From the NCBI RefSeq assembly GCF_006345805.1, contig NC_043021.1, forward strand, positions 15,438,001-15,502,000: a stretch of DNA of 64,000 nucleotides, in the 5' to 3' direction. The translations under genes were made by a program, and so were the position numbers. Shown here piece after piece: positions 12,609 to 24,724 of the stretch. Under the pieces are notes generated by a model. The model searched no databases, was not told the DNA's origin, and saw only the letters and a program-made list of their open reading frames with translations. How positions within the stretch are numbered: the stretch's first letter is position 1; the number at the start of each line of letters is the position of its first letter. The stretch is from Octopus sinensis. Taxonomy: Eukaryota.

Positions 12609-12631
12609 AGTAAAGGGAAAGAGGTACAGTC

Positions 12632-12840
12632 CTGATCAATAGACATAGGAATGGCAGACCCTTTATCAATGCGGTTCCAGCTATAACTAACCATTTTCAG
12701 TTAATCTTTCCTGCAAACATACCATCTGTCTAGAACTCCATAGCATCCAAACCATGCCAATATGTCCTTCTTTTTAAACACAGTACAGTGAAACTTCAGA
12801 GAGATTGGTTGCTATTTTTAGCTGGCCACATGACTAGGTG
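12632..12840 (+). repeat. Unclassified interspersed repeat family H
   Basis: TTCCAGCTATRACC...GAGATTTGGTTGCTATTTYTAGC block recurs at about 23545, 24060, 32565, 35340, 35565, 54420 and 58670. Confidence 0.6.
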
Positions 12841-13312
12841 CTTCCTCTATGCACTTGCAAACATACAGTTGTTTAAGTTTCCTTTCTCGGTCAGATAGTC
12901 TGTAATAAGACTTTGTGGTTTTCCGTTTTCTTGCTATTATTTCATTATTTATCTCCAGTTTTTTTTTTTTTTCCTCTCCATAAATTTCCATTGTTTCTTT
13001 GATTTCACATCAAGCAATTACTTCTTCCGTTTTAACTCTTGTAAATCAGACTGGCTTTCTAAAATTTTATCTATTGAAAGCATAGCCAATATAATTTAGA
13101 AGCTTTCATCTTTCCTTCAATAACCTCATTCCTCATTTCTGTTATGGCTTTTAATCAGCTTTTATTTCTGTGTTCAGTTAAAGTCTTCTCCAATTTGGTC
13201 GATCTCTTTACACAGCGTTTTCAATCTACACCAAACATGATCACTGCAGTTTTCAATAGTGTAGTTTTGGGTGTTTTTAAAAAAAATTTTTTTTTTTATG
13301 GTTATAACTTAA

Positions 13313-13742
13313 ACGCTTTTGCTACCAACCCACTTGAGACTGTTCTGCTCTTGGCTCTGCGATACAAACTTTGCATTAAAGTGATTTAAATTAAAACCCA
13401 AACCTTCCATCAAAATTTCATGTTAATTTATGTTCCAAACACCAGCTTAATAATTGATACAGATATTTTACTAAAACTAAAATAGTCGTTATTTTTCAAA
13501 ATTAATTGAAACAAATACAATGCATTTGAACAGAAATCTGGTAAGAAATGGGTTCACACTTTTGATAGCATCCTGCCCAACACTACTCTTGGTTCTATGG
13601 CACAAACTTCCTGTTTTAAAGTGATCTAAATTAATATCAAACTGCCCATCAAAATTTCATGTTAATTTGTATTTCTAAAAACCAGCTTCGTAATTGCCAA
13701 TGTTATATTACTAAATTCTTCATTATTTTCAAAATTAATTGA
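13313..13742. mobile_element. Tandem pair of old piggyBac-type MITEs (family P2)
   Basis: TTAA|ACGCTTTTGCTACC start and TGGTAAGAAATGGG end; the CATCAAAATTTCATGTTAATTT core occurs twice and at 46150-46361. Confidence 0.55.
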
Positions 13743-13744
13743 CA

Positions 13745-13913
13745 AGGTGTGACTGTGTGGTAAGTAGCTTGCTTACCAACCACATGGTTCCAGGTTCAGT
13801 CCCACTGCGTGGCACCTTGGCCAAGTGACTTCCGTTATAGCCTCAGGCCGACCAAAGCCTTGTGAGTGGATTTGGTAGACGGAAACTGAAAGAAGCCTGT
13901 CGTATATATGTAT

Positions 13914-13987
<74 letters not shown>

Positions 13988-14196
13988 GTGTGTGTGTGTT
14001 CTGTGTTTGTCCCCCCAACATCGCTTGACAACCGATGCTGGTGTGTTTACGTCCCCGTAACTTAGCGGTTCGGCAAAAGAGACCGATAGAATAAGTACTA
14101 GGCTTAAAAAAAGAATAAGTCCTGGGGTCGATTTGCTCGACTAAAGGCGGTGCTCCAGCATGGCCGCAGTCAAATGACTGAAACATGTAAAAGAGT
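13745..14196 (+). mobile_element. Full-length SINE family A with expanded (TA)n
   Basis: Complete copy; truncates the second P2 MITE. Confidence 0.92.
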
Positions 14197-15954
14197 AACT
14201 GGAGCAGTGGGTTTCAACAGGAGTGTAGTAACAAAGGGATTAGTTGATTCACTAACGAATGTACTGTATGCACTCATTTAGCTATTTGCACTCGGATGTG
14301 CATGTATGCACGTGTGCTTGTTTGTATGCATGCAGGCAATGTGTTCTATATCCGTTTACTTTTGTGCTTCTCTGAAAATTGGGAGCTCCTCTGGGAAATG
14401 CATGAAAGTCACAGAATCACATTCTGTTTAACTGAAGTCAGATAAAAGCCAGCGAGACAATGAGATTGATTGATTTAATCAACTGTGTTTACAAACTCTT
14501 ACAAACTTTCTGCATCATTAGAGCCTATTTTTCTTCATAGTGTCTGCGAAAACTAAGTGGAGTTACCCCCTCCCCTTCACTTGTTTTTATCTTACAAATC
14601 CTACAACATCAGGTCGTAATTTCATTACATTAGGAAGTGCCAACCGTTTTTTTGTTTCGGTGAATCTAATGATGAGGATTTTGTTGTACTTTGAGACGGT
14701 CATTATGCCATTAATAAAAGCACACACTGGTTTTATTTAACTTATTATTATTAGTCAATTAACTAAGCATTTAAGCAATTAACTAATTGATTGTTTGATT
14801 TATCATTCTTCAGTCAATCAAACAATCAGCTGGGTTTGTCAAAGACCTGTCCTCACCATCCCCGACCTTATCAATGACATACCCTTTCTACACCCAATTA
14901 ATCAAAGAACCAATTAGTTAATTGGTTAAATGTCAATGAAATTACTAATAATGATGAAAGAAGTGAAACAGAACCAGTGTGTGTATTTTATTGGCGCAAC
15001 GACCATTCTGAAAGACATCAAAGTTTGTTTCAACACACAAGTTCTCATCAAGAATTTTGCAAACTGAAAACAAGCAAAATAAAAATGAGGAGCTTGCAAT
15101 AAATAAATAAATAAATAGAATAATTAAATGATAAAAATTTTCTAATGAGAAAAGCATGAATATCGCACCATCAAATTCACTTTGAGAAATTTTCAGACAA
15201 AAAAAAAACATCTTTTTTTTTAATATTTTTGAAGTTGAATATAAATCAATATTGATGTTTCTTTTGAAGAAATAGAAAATAAAACTTTAAGAATACATTT
15301 TTGATTTTGCGTTGAAGAATTTTTATCTTCAGATTTTTCCTCTTTTTTTTTTTATCTGTTCTACATTATTTATTTTTTTATTTATTAGAATAATTTTATA
15401 CTTTTTTTTTGAAAAGGAAATAAAAACAAAAAGAATATCGTAGAGGTTTTCCTGATGCTACGAGATCTACTTTGGGAATTGGTTCATTCTATTTTTAACC
15501 TTTCTGGGAAGAATTAGGTTTAATTTTTTTTTTTTTTTTGTTATTTAAAAAAAAGATTAGGTCGGGGTTAGGGTGAAAGAAAAAAGATTAGGTTGGGGTG
15601 GGAGTGAAAGAAAAAAGAATTACATGGAAAATTCTTTGAGCTTTGTGGTTGTGGTGGTGCAGTATGATAAAAAAAAAAGTTTTTGTACAAAAGAAGTGTT
15701 TGGAAATACAGGTCAACCAGTGCAGATCCTGAAAAACAAATACAACAAAAAGAAAAATGTTTGTCTCAATGGAGTTTATTTAATGAGACTTGATCAAATG
15801 ATTAGATTATATATATATCACTTGTTCATTTGTTTTACATTTATTTGGTTACCTTCATACTGGCATGGTATATGTGTATATTTGTTTGTGCATGTGTATA
15901 TATAAATATTTATTATTATTTTTATTGCAATTTTTTTTTTGTCTTCCAAGTACT

Positions 15955-16499
15955 TGGTGACCCTGTCAGTGCAGGTGCCACTTAAAAGCACCCAGTCCAA
16001 ACTGTAAAGTACTTGGTGTTTGGAAGGACATCCAGCTGTAAAAAAAACCTTGCCAAAACTGACCTTGCCTGTGTTTGTGCCACGTAAAAAGCACTGAGTC
16101 CACTCTGCTGAGTGGTTAGTGTTAGGAAGGGCATCCAGCTGTAAAAATCCTACCAAAACAGTTAGAGAAGTCTGGTGCAGGCTACTGCCTGGCTAGCTCT
16201 TGTCAAACCTATTTCTTTACTACCCACAAGGGGCCAAACACAGAGGGGACAAACAAGGACAGACAAACGGATTAAGTCAATTACATCGACCCCAGTGCGT
16301 AACTGGTACTTATTTAATCAACCCTGAAAGGATGAAAGGTAAAGTCGACCTCGGCGGAATTTGAACTCAGAACGTAACGGCAGACGGAATACGGTTATGC
16401 ACTTCGCCCGGCGTGCTAACGTTTCTGCCAACTCGCCGCCTTGTCAAACCGTCCCACCCATGCCAGCATGGAAGGTGGACGTTAAACGATGAAGATGAT
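15955..16499 (+). mobile_element. Family C (duplicated tail region) interrupted by B1
   Basis: AAAAGCAC...GGAAGGGCATCCAGCTGTAAAAA occurs twice; the tail resumes at 16451. Confidence 0.8.
16199..16450 (-). mobile_element. B1 SINE with an 11-bp TSD, nested in family C
   Basis: CTTGTCAAACC at 16199-16209 and 16440-16450. Confidence 0.92.
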
Positions 16500-16521
16500 T
16501 GTTATTATTAAAACTGACACT

Positions 16522-16808
16522 GAGTGTTCCAGTCGTTCTCATCAAGAGAACAGCCTGCTTGTGAAATTGACATGCAAGTGGTTGAGCACTCCTCAGACAC
16601 ATGTACCCTTAACGTTGTTCCACGGGACGATTCAGTGTGACACAATATGTGACAAAGCTGGGCCCTTTGAAATACAGGTACAACTCATTTTTGCCAGCTG
16701 AGTGGACTAGAACAATGAGAAATAAAGTGTCTTGCTTAGTAAACACAATGCACTGCCAGGAATCAAGTTCCTGATCTTATGACTGTGAGTCGAATATCCT
16801 AACCACCG
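16522..16808 (-). mobile_element. SINE family F (tRNA head, CORE-like block, distinct tail)
   Basis: Reverse complement matches 42983-43250 (CAGCTGGCAAAAATGAGTTGTACCTGTA). Confidence 0.75.
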
Positions 16809-16810
16809 AG

Positions 16811-16841
<31 letters not shown>

Positions 16842-17079
16842 TCATTTGAATGGTCATGTTTCGTGCCAGCTTGAGTCAGATGGTTTCACAGGACTACATC
16901 ATGCTCCAGTATCTGCCTTGGCAAGAAGTTGTTGCTGGTTGGTATCTGCCTCAGAGCATGTATTCGGTGCTTCTCTTCAGCCACCAGCACTAGCGAGGCT
17001 GCCATGCAGCTTTGTAAACTATGTCCCCTGAGAGCTGTGCTGCTTTTTGCTAGGCAATGAAAGGTTAAAATATGAGAGA

Positions 17080-17200
17080 AGTGGGCCTGGGAGTAATGGT
17101 AATTAAGGGGTGACTTCACTCTCCCCATTACTCCAAGACTCCTGAACTGGAGTATTGCCACAGGATACAGTTTAAAATCATACCCAGGACAAATACATCC
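17080..17200 (+). repeat. Unclassified repeat family I
   Basis: GGGAGTAATGG...ACTCC...CTGGAG...CAGTTTAAAATCATACCCAGGAC, similar to 51285-51415. Confidence 0.5.
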
Positions 17201-17242
17201 ACCCCACTCCATATATTAAGTTGAGGAAAAAGTTCATGCTCT

Positions 17243-17350
17243 GAACTTGTGCCAAATGGTCACGCCATCAACGCTGAACTTTACTGTGAGCAACTTATTC
17301 ATCGAAAATGCACTTTGTTTCAACAAGACAACGCAAAGCCGCATACTGGG
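17243..17350 (+). pseudogene. Mariner transposase relic, internally deleted
   Basis: Translates ELVPNGHAINAELYCEQLIHRKCTLFQQDNAKPHT, matching the mariner motifs INA..YCEQL and QDNA.PH. Confidence 0.8.
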
Positions 17351-17351
17351 A

Positions 17352-17570
17352 GGTGTAGGAATGACTGCGTGGTAAGTAGCTTGCTTACGAACCACATGGT
17401 TCCGGGTTCAGTCCCACTGTGTGGCACCTTGGGCAAGTGTCTTCTACTATAGCCTCGGGCCGACCAAAGCCTTGAGTGGATTTGGTAGACGGAAACTGAA
17501 AGAAGCCCATCATATAATGTATATATATATATGTGTATGTTTATGTGTTGTGTTTGTCCCCCCCCCCAAT
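17352..17570 (+). mobile_element. SINE family A, 5' half
   Basis: Head, CORE-like block and microsatellite; 3' half absent. Confidence 0.88.
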
Positions 17571-17591
17571 TTTTTCCTCAACCTAGTACAT

Positions 17592-17820
17592 ATATATAAA
17601 ATGTGACCATGTGTGTACTGTTGGCGAATTTTTTTCCTCCGTCTTCCTTTCTCTGGATCTTCCCTTTTTCTATGTTTCTGACGAAGAGCTCCGCTCGAAA
17701 TGTTAAACCCTCCTTCTTCCCTTCCTTCCTGAGCGTCCAATAATACTATATTTGTTCCACGTCCTCGCGTTGTTGTGTTTTCTCTTTGTGTTTTCATGTT
17801 TGGATTAACTTTATATATAT
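17592..17820 (+). mobile_element. Penelope-like terminal-repeat fragment with a hammerhead-like core
   Basis: GTTT-CTGACGA-A-GAGC-TCC-GCTC-GAAA-TGTT-AAAC at 17674-17708; pyrimidine-rich body; (TA)n on both sides. Confidence 0.65.
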
Positions 17821-18197
17821 ATACACACACACAAAGTACCTTTTCTGGTGATCTTTGCAAATCCTGTCTCTGTTAACTTCAGCTTTTCCCCTTCCAGGGT
17901 CAGTTGATGAAGTAGCAGTCAAATACTGGGAGTCATCTCTCTCTCTCTCATTTGTTGTCTCACCTTCCATTTTTCTCACCAAAGAAATTGGTTGTGCTTA
18001 AACCTGAGCTATGCTGGGTTTTAAAATGTCCAAGACATGCCATGTGTTTCAGCAGTGACCCAATAAAGAGTCGACAGTCTTGCCAGCGCAATGCTGTGTC
18101 GTGAATGATGGTAGCGAGGGGTGGTGATGATGGTGACAGCGGTTGTGATGATGTTTATACATACATACAGTATATGTACACAGACACACTTGCACAG

Positions 18198-18232
<35 letters not shown>

Positions 18233-19122
18233 CAGCTCAACAGACAGACAGAATAAAAAGTGACAAAGTGTTTTTTTTCAAATTATTGGATTTCTTTTAA
18301 ATTCAGAAAGAGAGAGAGAGAGAGAAAGGTGGGGAGCTATCCCGCACCCACCCACCCACCCACTCAATAACATTCGTTTTCCGATTTATTGTACTTTTCT
18401 TTTTTAACCTAGAATTCCCATCTTTGGTGACGGTGATATAATTATTCCACCTGAAAGAGCAAGTGGAAAATCTTGAAATTTTTTCTATGTATCACATCCA
18501 TCAATGTCAGTTTGTCGAGTTTTTATGCATGTATGTGTGCACACGCATGCATGCATAAGTGCATACACACATGCACACACATACATATATGCATACACAC
18601 ACACACACGCATTCTCTCTTTCTCTATGGGGTTCTTGTGCTACTTTTATGCTATGGACTAAATTCTTTCACCAAAATAATAATAATAGTAATAATAGTAA
18701 TAATAATAATAATAATGAAGAAAAACAAAGAAACAGTAAAAGGAAAATGTAAATTAATATTGTGGTTGGTTGAGTTGATAAGGATTAGTGATGATAATGG
18801 GGATGGCGGTGGTGGTGGTGGTGAAGATGATAACTTGCCTCCACCTATTCCCCCCACTATAGTTGTTTTTGTTTTTGTTTTCTTTATTTGTTAAATTTCT
18901 AAATGATGACAATAATAATGATGATGATGATGATGATGATGGTGATTCCTAATGCTATAGGAACTAAACCACCTTTGGTGCTCGCTGTTCTTTAACTAAA
19001 AGCAAAGGTGACAAGACAGCAGTGAGCATTTTCTAATTAAGAACCCAGTCATATCCGTAATTCACATGCTGTTAAGTTTATTAAGGGCATTCAAATGAGG
19101 TTGTTTCCCTCTTCTGACTCTT

Positions 19123-19164
<42 letters not shown>

Positions 19165-19206
19165 TATCATTATTATTATTATTATTGTTGTTGTTGTTGT
19201 TGTTAT

Positions 19207-19420
19207 AGGCAGCGAGCTGGCAGAGTTGTTAGCTCACTGGACAAAATGCTTAGCGGTATTTCGCCCGTCACTCCATTCTGAGTTCAAATTCTGCCGAGGT
19301 TGACTTGGCCTTTCATCCTTTTGGGATTGATAAAATAGGTACCAGTTGAACAATGAGGGTCGATATAATCGACTCATCCCCTCCCCTAAATTTGCTACCC
19401 TTGTGGCAAAATTTGAAACC
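19207..19420 (+). mobile_element. SINE family B2 with an (ATT)n tail
   Basis: B head and Meta-like block, tail CCCCTAAATTTGCTACCCTTGTGGCAAAATTTGAAACC, then a long (ATT/ATC)n. Confidence 0.85.
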
Positions 19421-19463
19421 ATTATCATTATTATTATTATTATCATTATTATTATCATCATCA

Positions 19464-19524
<61 letters not shown>

Positions 19525-19843
19525 TATTATTATTATTATCATTATTATTATTATTATCATTATTATCATCATCATCATTATAATTATTATTATTATTATT
19601 ATTATCATTATTATTATTACCACCATGGGAGCAAGGCTTGAAATTTTGAGAGGAGGCAGTAGTCGATTATATGAGAACCCCAGCACTCAACTGATACTTG
19701 TTTTTATTGACTCTAAAAAGACGAAAGGCAAAGTCAGCCTCAGTGAAATTTGAACTCAGCATGCAAACACAGAAGAAATGCTGTTAAGCATTCTTCCTCT
19801 CTTAATAATAATAATAATAATATTAATGATGATGATGATAGCA

Positions 19844-19874
<31 letters not shown>

Positions 19875-19947
19875 AATAATAATATGAATGATAATAATGA
19901 TGATGATGATAGTAATAATAATAATATTAATGATAATAATGATGATG

Positions 19948-19987
<40 letters not shown>

Positions 19988-19989
19988 TG

Positions 19990-20021
<32 letters not shown>

Positions 20022-20037
20022 GATAATAATGATGATG

Positions 20038-20069
<32 letters not shown>
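19421..20069. repeat. (ATT/ATC)n and (AAT/GAT)n blocks flanking a minus-strand B2 (19622-19800)
   Basis: Seen directly. Confidence 0.9.
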
Positions 20070-20569
20070 GTTTCAAATTTTGGCACATAGCTTGTAATTT
20101 CAGGGGAGTGTTAGTTGATTGCCTCAACACCAATATATGACTGGTACATTTTTCTTATTGACATTAGATGGACAGTTTATAATTATCGTGTGTGTGTGGC
20201 GGGGGGGGGGTACATAAAAAAAAAAGATGAAAGGGATGATGAGGTGAGATGAGATAAAAAGAATGCATCGTGTACAACATATGTAATCACATAGATGATG
20301 TGGGAATGCCTCCAATTAGGGGCCAGTGATAAAAACTCTCAAATCCGGTATCACTTTGACCACCCAGGGTTTCGAGTTCTCACTCAACTGTTCTTGAGTC
20401 CACAGGCACATGCTTAGACTAGTTCCATTCATCTTGACCGTTTTTTTGCTAGACACACCCCCACCTTTTGATAAACTCCCTGGAGGAGAGCACTTTGCTC
20501 TTCACCCCCGCTTTCCATCTCTATTTGGTTCCCTTTCTCACTTTTATTTCTCTCTTTGCAACACAAAGA

Positions 20570-21290
20570 TAATCACACACACACACAATCTAACAAGCAT
20601 ACATGTATATGCTTGTGTGTACATGCAGTCACGCACAGGCATCCATGCATTTATACACATGCATTCATGCACACAAGCATATTCCCATGCTTACTCAGAC
20701 ACATGTGCATACAAACACTATGTACATGCGTTCACATTCACACACAATCACACACACACACACACTCTCACTCTTACACACACACATGCATAGTATCACA
20801 TACACACACACACGCACACTCTCACTCTTACACACACACATGCATAGTATCACACATACCCAGTGATAGGTGTGGTGCTCTTGTAAGGCCTATAATCTAA
20901 TGGCTAAAATAAACTCAATTTTACACACACACACACACATTTAGACATACATACTTATCCAAACACACACACACATGCACACACATACTCACACAGATAT
21001 GCACACACACACATACATACACAAACACTCAGATGAGTAGATGGATGCAGAAACATATAAACACATACAGATGTGCATACACACACACACACACACGAAT
21101 ACACATGTAACATAAACAAATGCACACACGTATACATATACAAACATAGATGCATACACATATACATATCCTAACACACACACACACACATATACTTATA
21201 TAAACATAGACACAATACACGCACAGACTAGCACAGATGCATGCATACTCATATGCAATCACACACACACACACACACACACACGTGCAT
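20570..21290. repeat. Diverged (CA)-rich microsatellite with an internal ~57-bp duplication
   Basis: CACTCTCACTCTTACACACACACATGCATAGTATCACA occurs twice, near 20763 and 20817. Confidence 0.85.
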
Positions 21291-21884
21291 ATACCACCTC
21301 AACAGCACCAGCGCCACCACCAAACCCTGGCAGGATGCCAGATCTTCTGTTCACAACTACCTGAATGCCACTTTCTGATATTTATCTTTTATTAGTCAAA
21401 TAAAAGCGAGTTCCTACTTGGGAAGATAATTGTTTGACTTTTAGATCACTTAAACCTCCTCCTGCTCCTCCTCCTCCTGCTCCTCCTCCTTCCTAGACAT
21501 CCTTCCTTCTCTCCTCTCCTCTTCTTTATCCACCTCTTCCTCACGCTCCTCCTTCCTCATATCCTTCTTCTCTTCCGCCTTCATCTCCCCATTCCTTCTC
21601 CTCCACTTCCTCTTCTTCCTTCCAAATCTGTATTTTCCTCCTGTTTGATTCACTGACTATAGACCCTAAAAAAAAAAAATCTTGTCTAGAGCCCCCTCCC
21701 CCCGATCCTCCACTTTTTTTTGATTATTAAAATAAAACATTCTTTTCCAGTTTGCTTTGTGTGTGTGTTGATAATTTATTTTACAAACATCCTACAACTA
21801 AGTGTGTATCTGTGTGTGTGCCTCATATATGAGTCATGTATAAATGTGTGTATGTGTGTGTGTTGTGTTACTTGAGGACCGTTC

Positions 21885-22086
21885 TGATGCCAGTGGCATG
21901 AGAAAAAAAAAACACCCAGTACACACTGTACAGTGGTTGGCATTAGAGAGGACATCCAACCATGGACATCATGCCAAACCTGTGTGAACTTCCAGTTGAT
22001 GCAGCCCTTGTGGCTTACTGGATCCTGTCAAACCATCCAAGCCATGTCAGCATGGAAACTGGACATGAAATGTTGATGATGATGAC
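21885..22086 (+). mobile_element. Decayed family C copy
   Basis: GTGGCATGAGAAAAA...GTGGTTGGCATTAG...CATGGAAACTGGAC...GATGATG. Confidence 0.7.
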
Positions 22087-22136
22087 GTGTGTGTGTGTGT
22101 ATGTATGTATGAATATATGTATGTGTGTGTGTGTGT

Positions 22137-22544
22137 TGTGGTAAGATTCTTGCTTCCTAATAACATGGTTCCAGGTTCAGTCCCACCGCATGGCACCTTG
22201 GGCAAATGTCTTCTACTATAGCCTCAGACTAACCAAAGACTTGAAAGTGGATTTGGTAGACGGAAACTGAAAGAAGCCCATTGTATATATATATATATAT
22301 ATATACAGGGTGACCCAAAAGTAGGTTTACAGTTATCACGTAAGCACTTTAAATTTCTTTTTAAACATTTTATTACATTTAAATTTCTATCATACAAACT
22401 GAAAAGGGAGCTTGACAAAATTAGCTAAATTGGCAAAGAATAATGGTTTCATATTTTTTTATAATTAAGATCTAAATTGTTAATATATGAACACGAAAGA
22501 GATAGTCGAATAACTGTAAGCCTACTTTTGGGCCACCCTGTATG

Positions 22545-22581
<37 letters not shown>

Positions 22582-22817
22582 TGTGTGTGTGTCTTTGTAA
22601 CTGTGCTTGTTCTTGCCACCACCGCATAACAACTGGTATTGGTGTGTTTATGTCCTTGTAACTTAGCAGCTTGGCAAAAATGATTAATAGAACAAGTACC
22701 AGGCTTCAAAAGGAAAAAAAAAGTACGGGGTTAATTCATTCAATTAAAATTCTTCCAGGCCTAAAATTCTCCCCACCATGGCCACAATCTAATTACTGAA
22801 ACAAGTAAAAGGTAAAA
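22137..22817 (+). mobile_element. Family A copy carrying a mariner MITE inside its microsatellite
   Basis: The A halves flank 22306-22540. Confidence 0.85.
22306..22540. mobile_element. Tc1/mariner-type MITE (235 bp)
   Basis: 31-bp TIRs CAGGGTGRCCCAAAAGTAGGYTTACAGTTAT with 2 mismatches; TA on both sides. Confidence 0.92.
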
Positions 22818-23680
22818 GCACCCACTACACTCTCGGAGTGGTTGGCATCAGGAAGGGCATCCAGCTGTAGAAACCCTGTCCTGGATGTCATGCAGTGGGA
22901 CTGAAGTCCAAACCACGGGGTTGGGAGGTGAACTTCTTAACCCCACAACACTAAGGACATTTTTACTTCATGTATATGATCAATGGCTGGGTTGTGTGTG
23001 TATGTTGGTTTATTTTGAGTGTTGTTGCAGAAAGTAGAAAGCCTTCATGTCAAGACCAACCTGATCCTCAATGGCTCTGGTGTACTGCTCCTAAACTTTG
23101 CTTTGTCTTCCTTATTTTTGCCAAATGACTGCTTTTCACAGGTGTTTATTCATCTTTATGCCTTGTTACAATGTCCTTTGTGCATTGTCTAAACAACCAG
23201 TCTAGTTTGAAGGCCTTATATTTTTGATATTCTCTGTGTACTGTGATCAGTAGGTTTATTGAGTACAAAGAGTAAGTGAAACCTCGTTGCTGAATGCTGT
23301 TTGAGCAGACATATAGTGTAGAGGTAACCAAGTGAACACATTTGATCATTTCAACAGCATTTTTGAATGGGGCCATACTGTCTCTGTTGTAAATATGCCA
23401 TGTTGAGATTTAGGTCCTCACATATCTAGTTTCTCGTGCTGAAAAAGATTTTTTAAAAAACATGTTTTTGATACAAGTTTCATTGTTCCTTTGAACTTGT
23501 GAAGTAGCGTACAAACTAGCTTTCTAACTCCATGCATTGTTGTTGTTTAGCCCCGGGTCAGATGTGATACAGGGTAAGCTTTTTGATCATAAATGTTCCA
23601 CCTATAACCATCTCTTTTGTTATTCAAGTATAGTGTACTTAGGTCTACATTAACCAGTGGATCGTTTCTCTATATTTTTT

Positions 23681-24050
23681 GTGGCTGTGTGGTAAGTAGC
23701 TTGCTTACCAACCACATGGTTCTAGGTTCAGTTCCACTGCATGGCACCTTGGGCAAGTGTCTTCTGTAGCCTCAGGCTGACCAAAGCCTTGTGAGTGGAT
23801 TTGGTAGACGGAAACTGAAAGAAGCCTGTTGTGTATATATATATGTGTGTATATGTTTGTCCCCCCCAACATCGCTTGACAACCGATGCTGCTGTGTTTA
23901 CGTCCCTGTAACTTAGCGGTTCGGCAAAAGAGACCGATAGAATAAGTACTAGGCTTACAAAGAATAAGTCCTGGGGTTGATTTGCTTGACTAAAAGTGGT
24001 GTTCCAGCATGGCCACAGTCAAATGACTAAAACAAGTAAACGAGTAAAGA
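23681..24050 (+). mobile_element. Full-length SINE family A inserted into a family H copy
   Basis: H sequence at 23545-23680 resumes at about 24053-24125. Confidence 0.88.
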
Positions 24051-24344
24051 GAGAGTAGGGTGGTAGTGATGATGTGAAAGAGATTTGGTTGCTATTACTA
24101 GCAGGTTCAGCAATTGAATAGGAACACCTGCCCCCCCCCCACACCCACCCACTTGCTTGTTTACTTAGGTTGATAAATCAAACAGTTGTAACCTGTATTG
24201 CTGTTGTTTAACTCCAGGCCATCTCCAGTCTCTGATAAAAAGCATTCCAGTCATGACCTTTTCGTCAATTTAATCTATCCTTCCCATTTTCCCACTCAAA
24301 TGAGGAGATTTTCTTTTGTCTTGTGAGTTACTTTGTCCACCTCA

Positions 24345-24556
24345 CTAGTGCTGGTGCCAGAAAAAGAAAAGGTATCCACTACATTCTGTAAAGGGGTTGG
24401 CATTAGGAAGGGCATCCAGCTGTAGAAACTATGCTGAAGCCAGACATCGGAGCCTTACACAGCCCTCCAGCTCATTGGATCCTGTCAAGTAGTCCTGTCA
24501 AAGCAGTTGACAGTATCTGACCCATGCCTACATGAAAGACAGACATTAAATGATGA
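24345..24556 (+). mobile_element. Decayed family C copy
   Basis: GGTTGGCATTAGGAAGGGCATCCAGCTGTAGAAAC and the tail motif. Confidence 0.7.
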
Positions 24557-24724
24557 ACGTGAAGAGTGTGATGAGAGGGAAATTTGGTAGCTCTTTCTAG
24601 CAGAGCTGCCCAGGTAACCATGAAGATGCTCCTCTTTATTTATAGAATTTTTAAAATCTAAAAGTCCAAGAAGTTAGACTTTGTTCTTCAGTAGTGAAGA
24701 CTTCAGGTATTTCCTAATTCACAC

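Noticed and set aside
15556-15605. Interstitial telomeric repeat
   Set aside because: Only one exact TTAGGG among degenerate G-rich words.
18559-20133. Poly-Ile, poly-Asn and poly-Tyr ORFs
   Set aside because: Trinucleotide (AAT/ATT) arrays derived from SINE tails.
23146-23376. 76-aa ORF in non-repetitive-looking sequence
   Set aside because: No motif recognised and no convincing splice sites; length is expected by chance.
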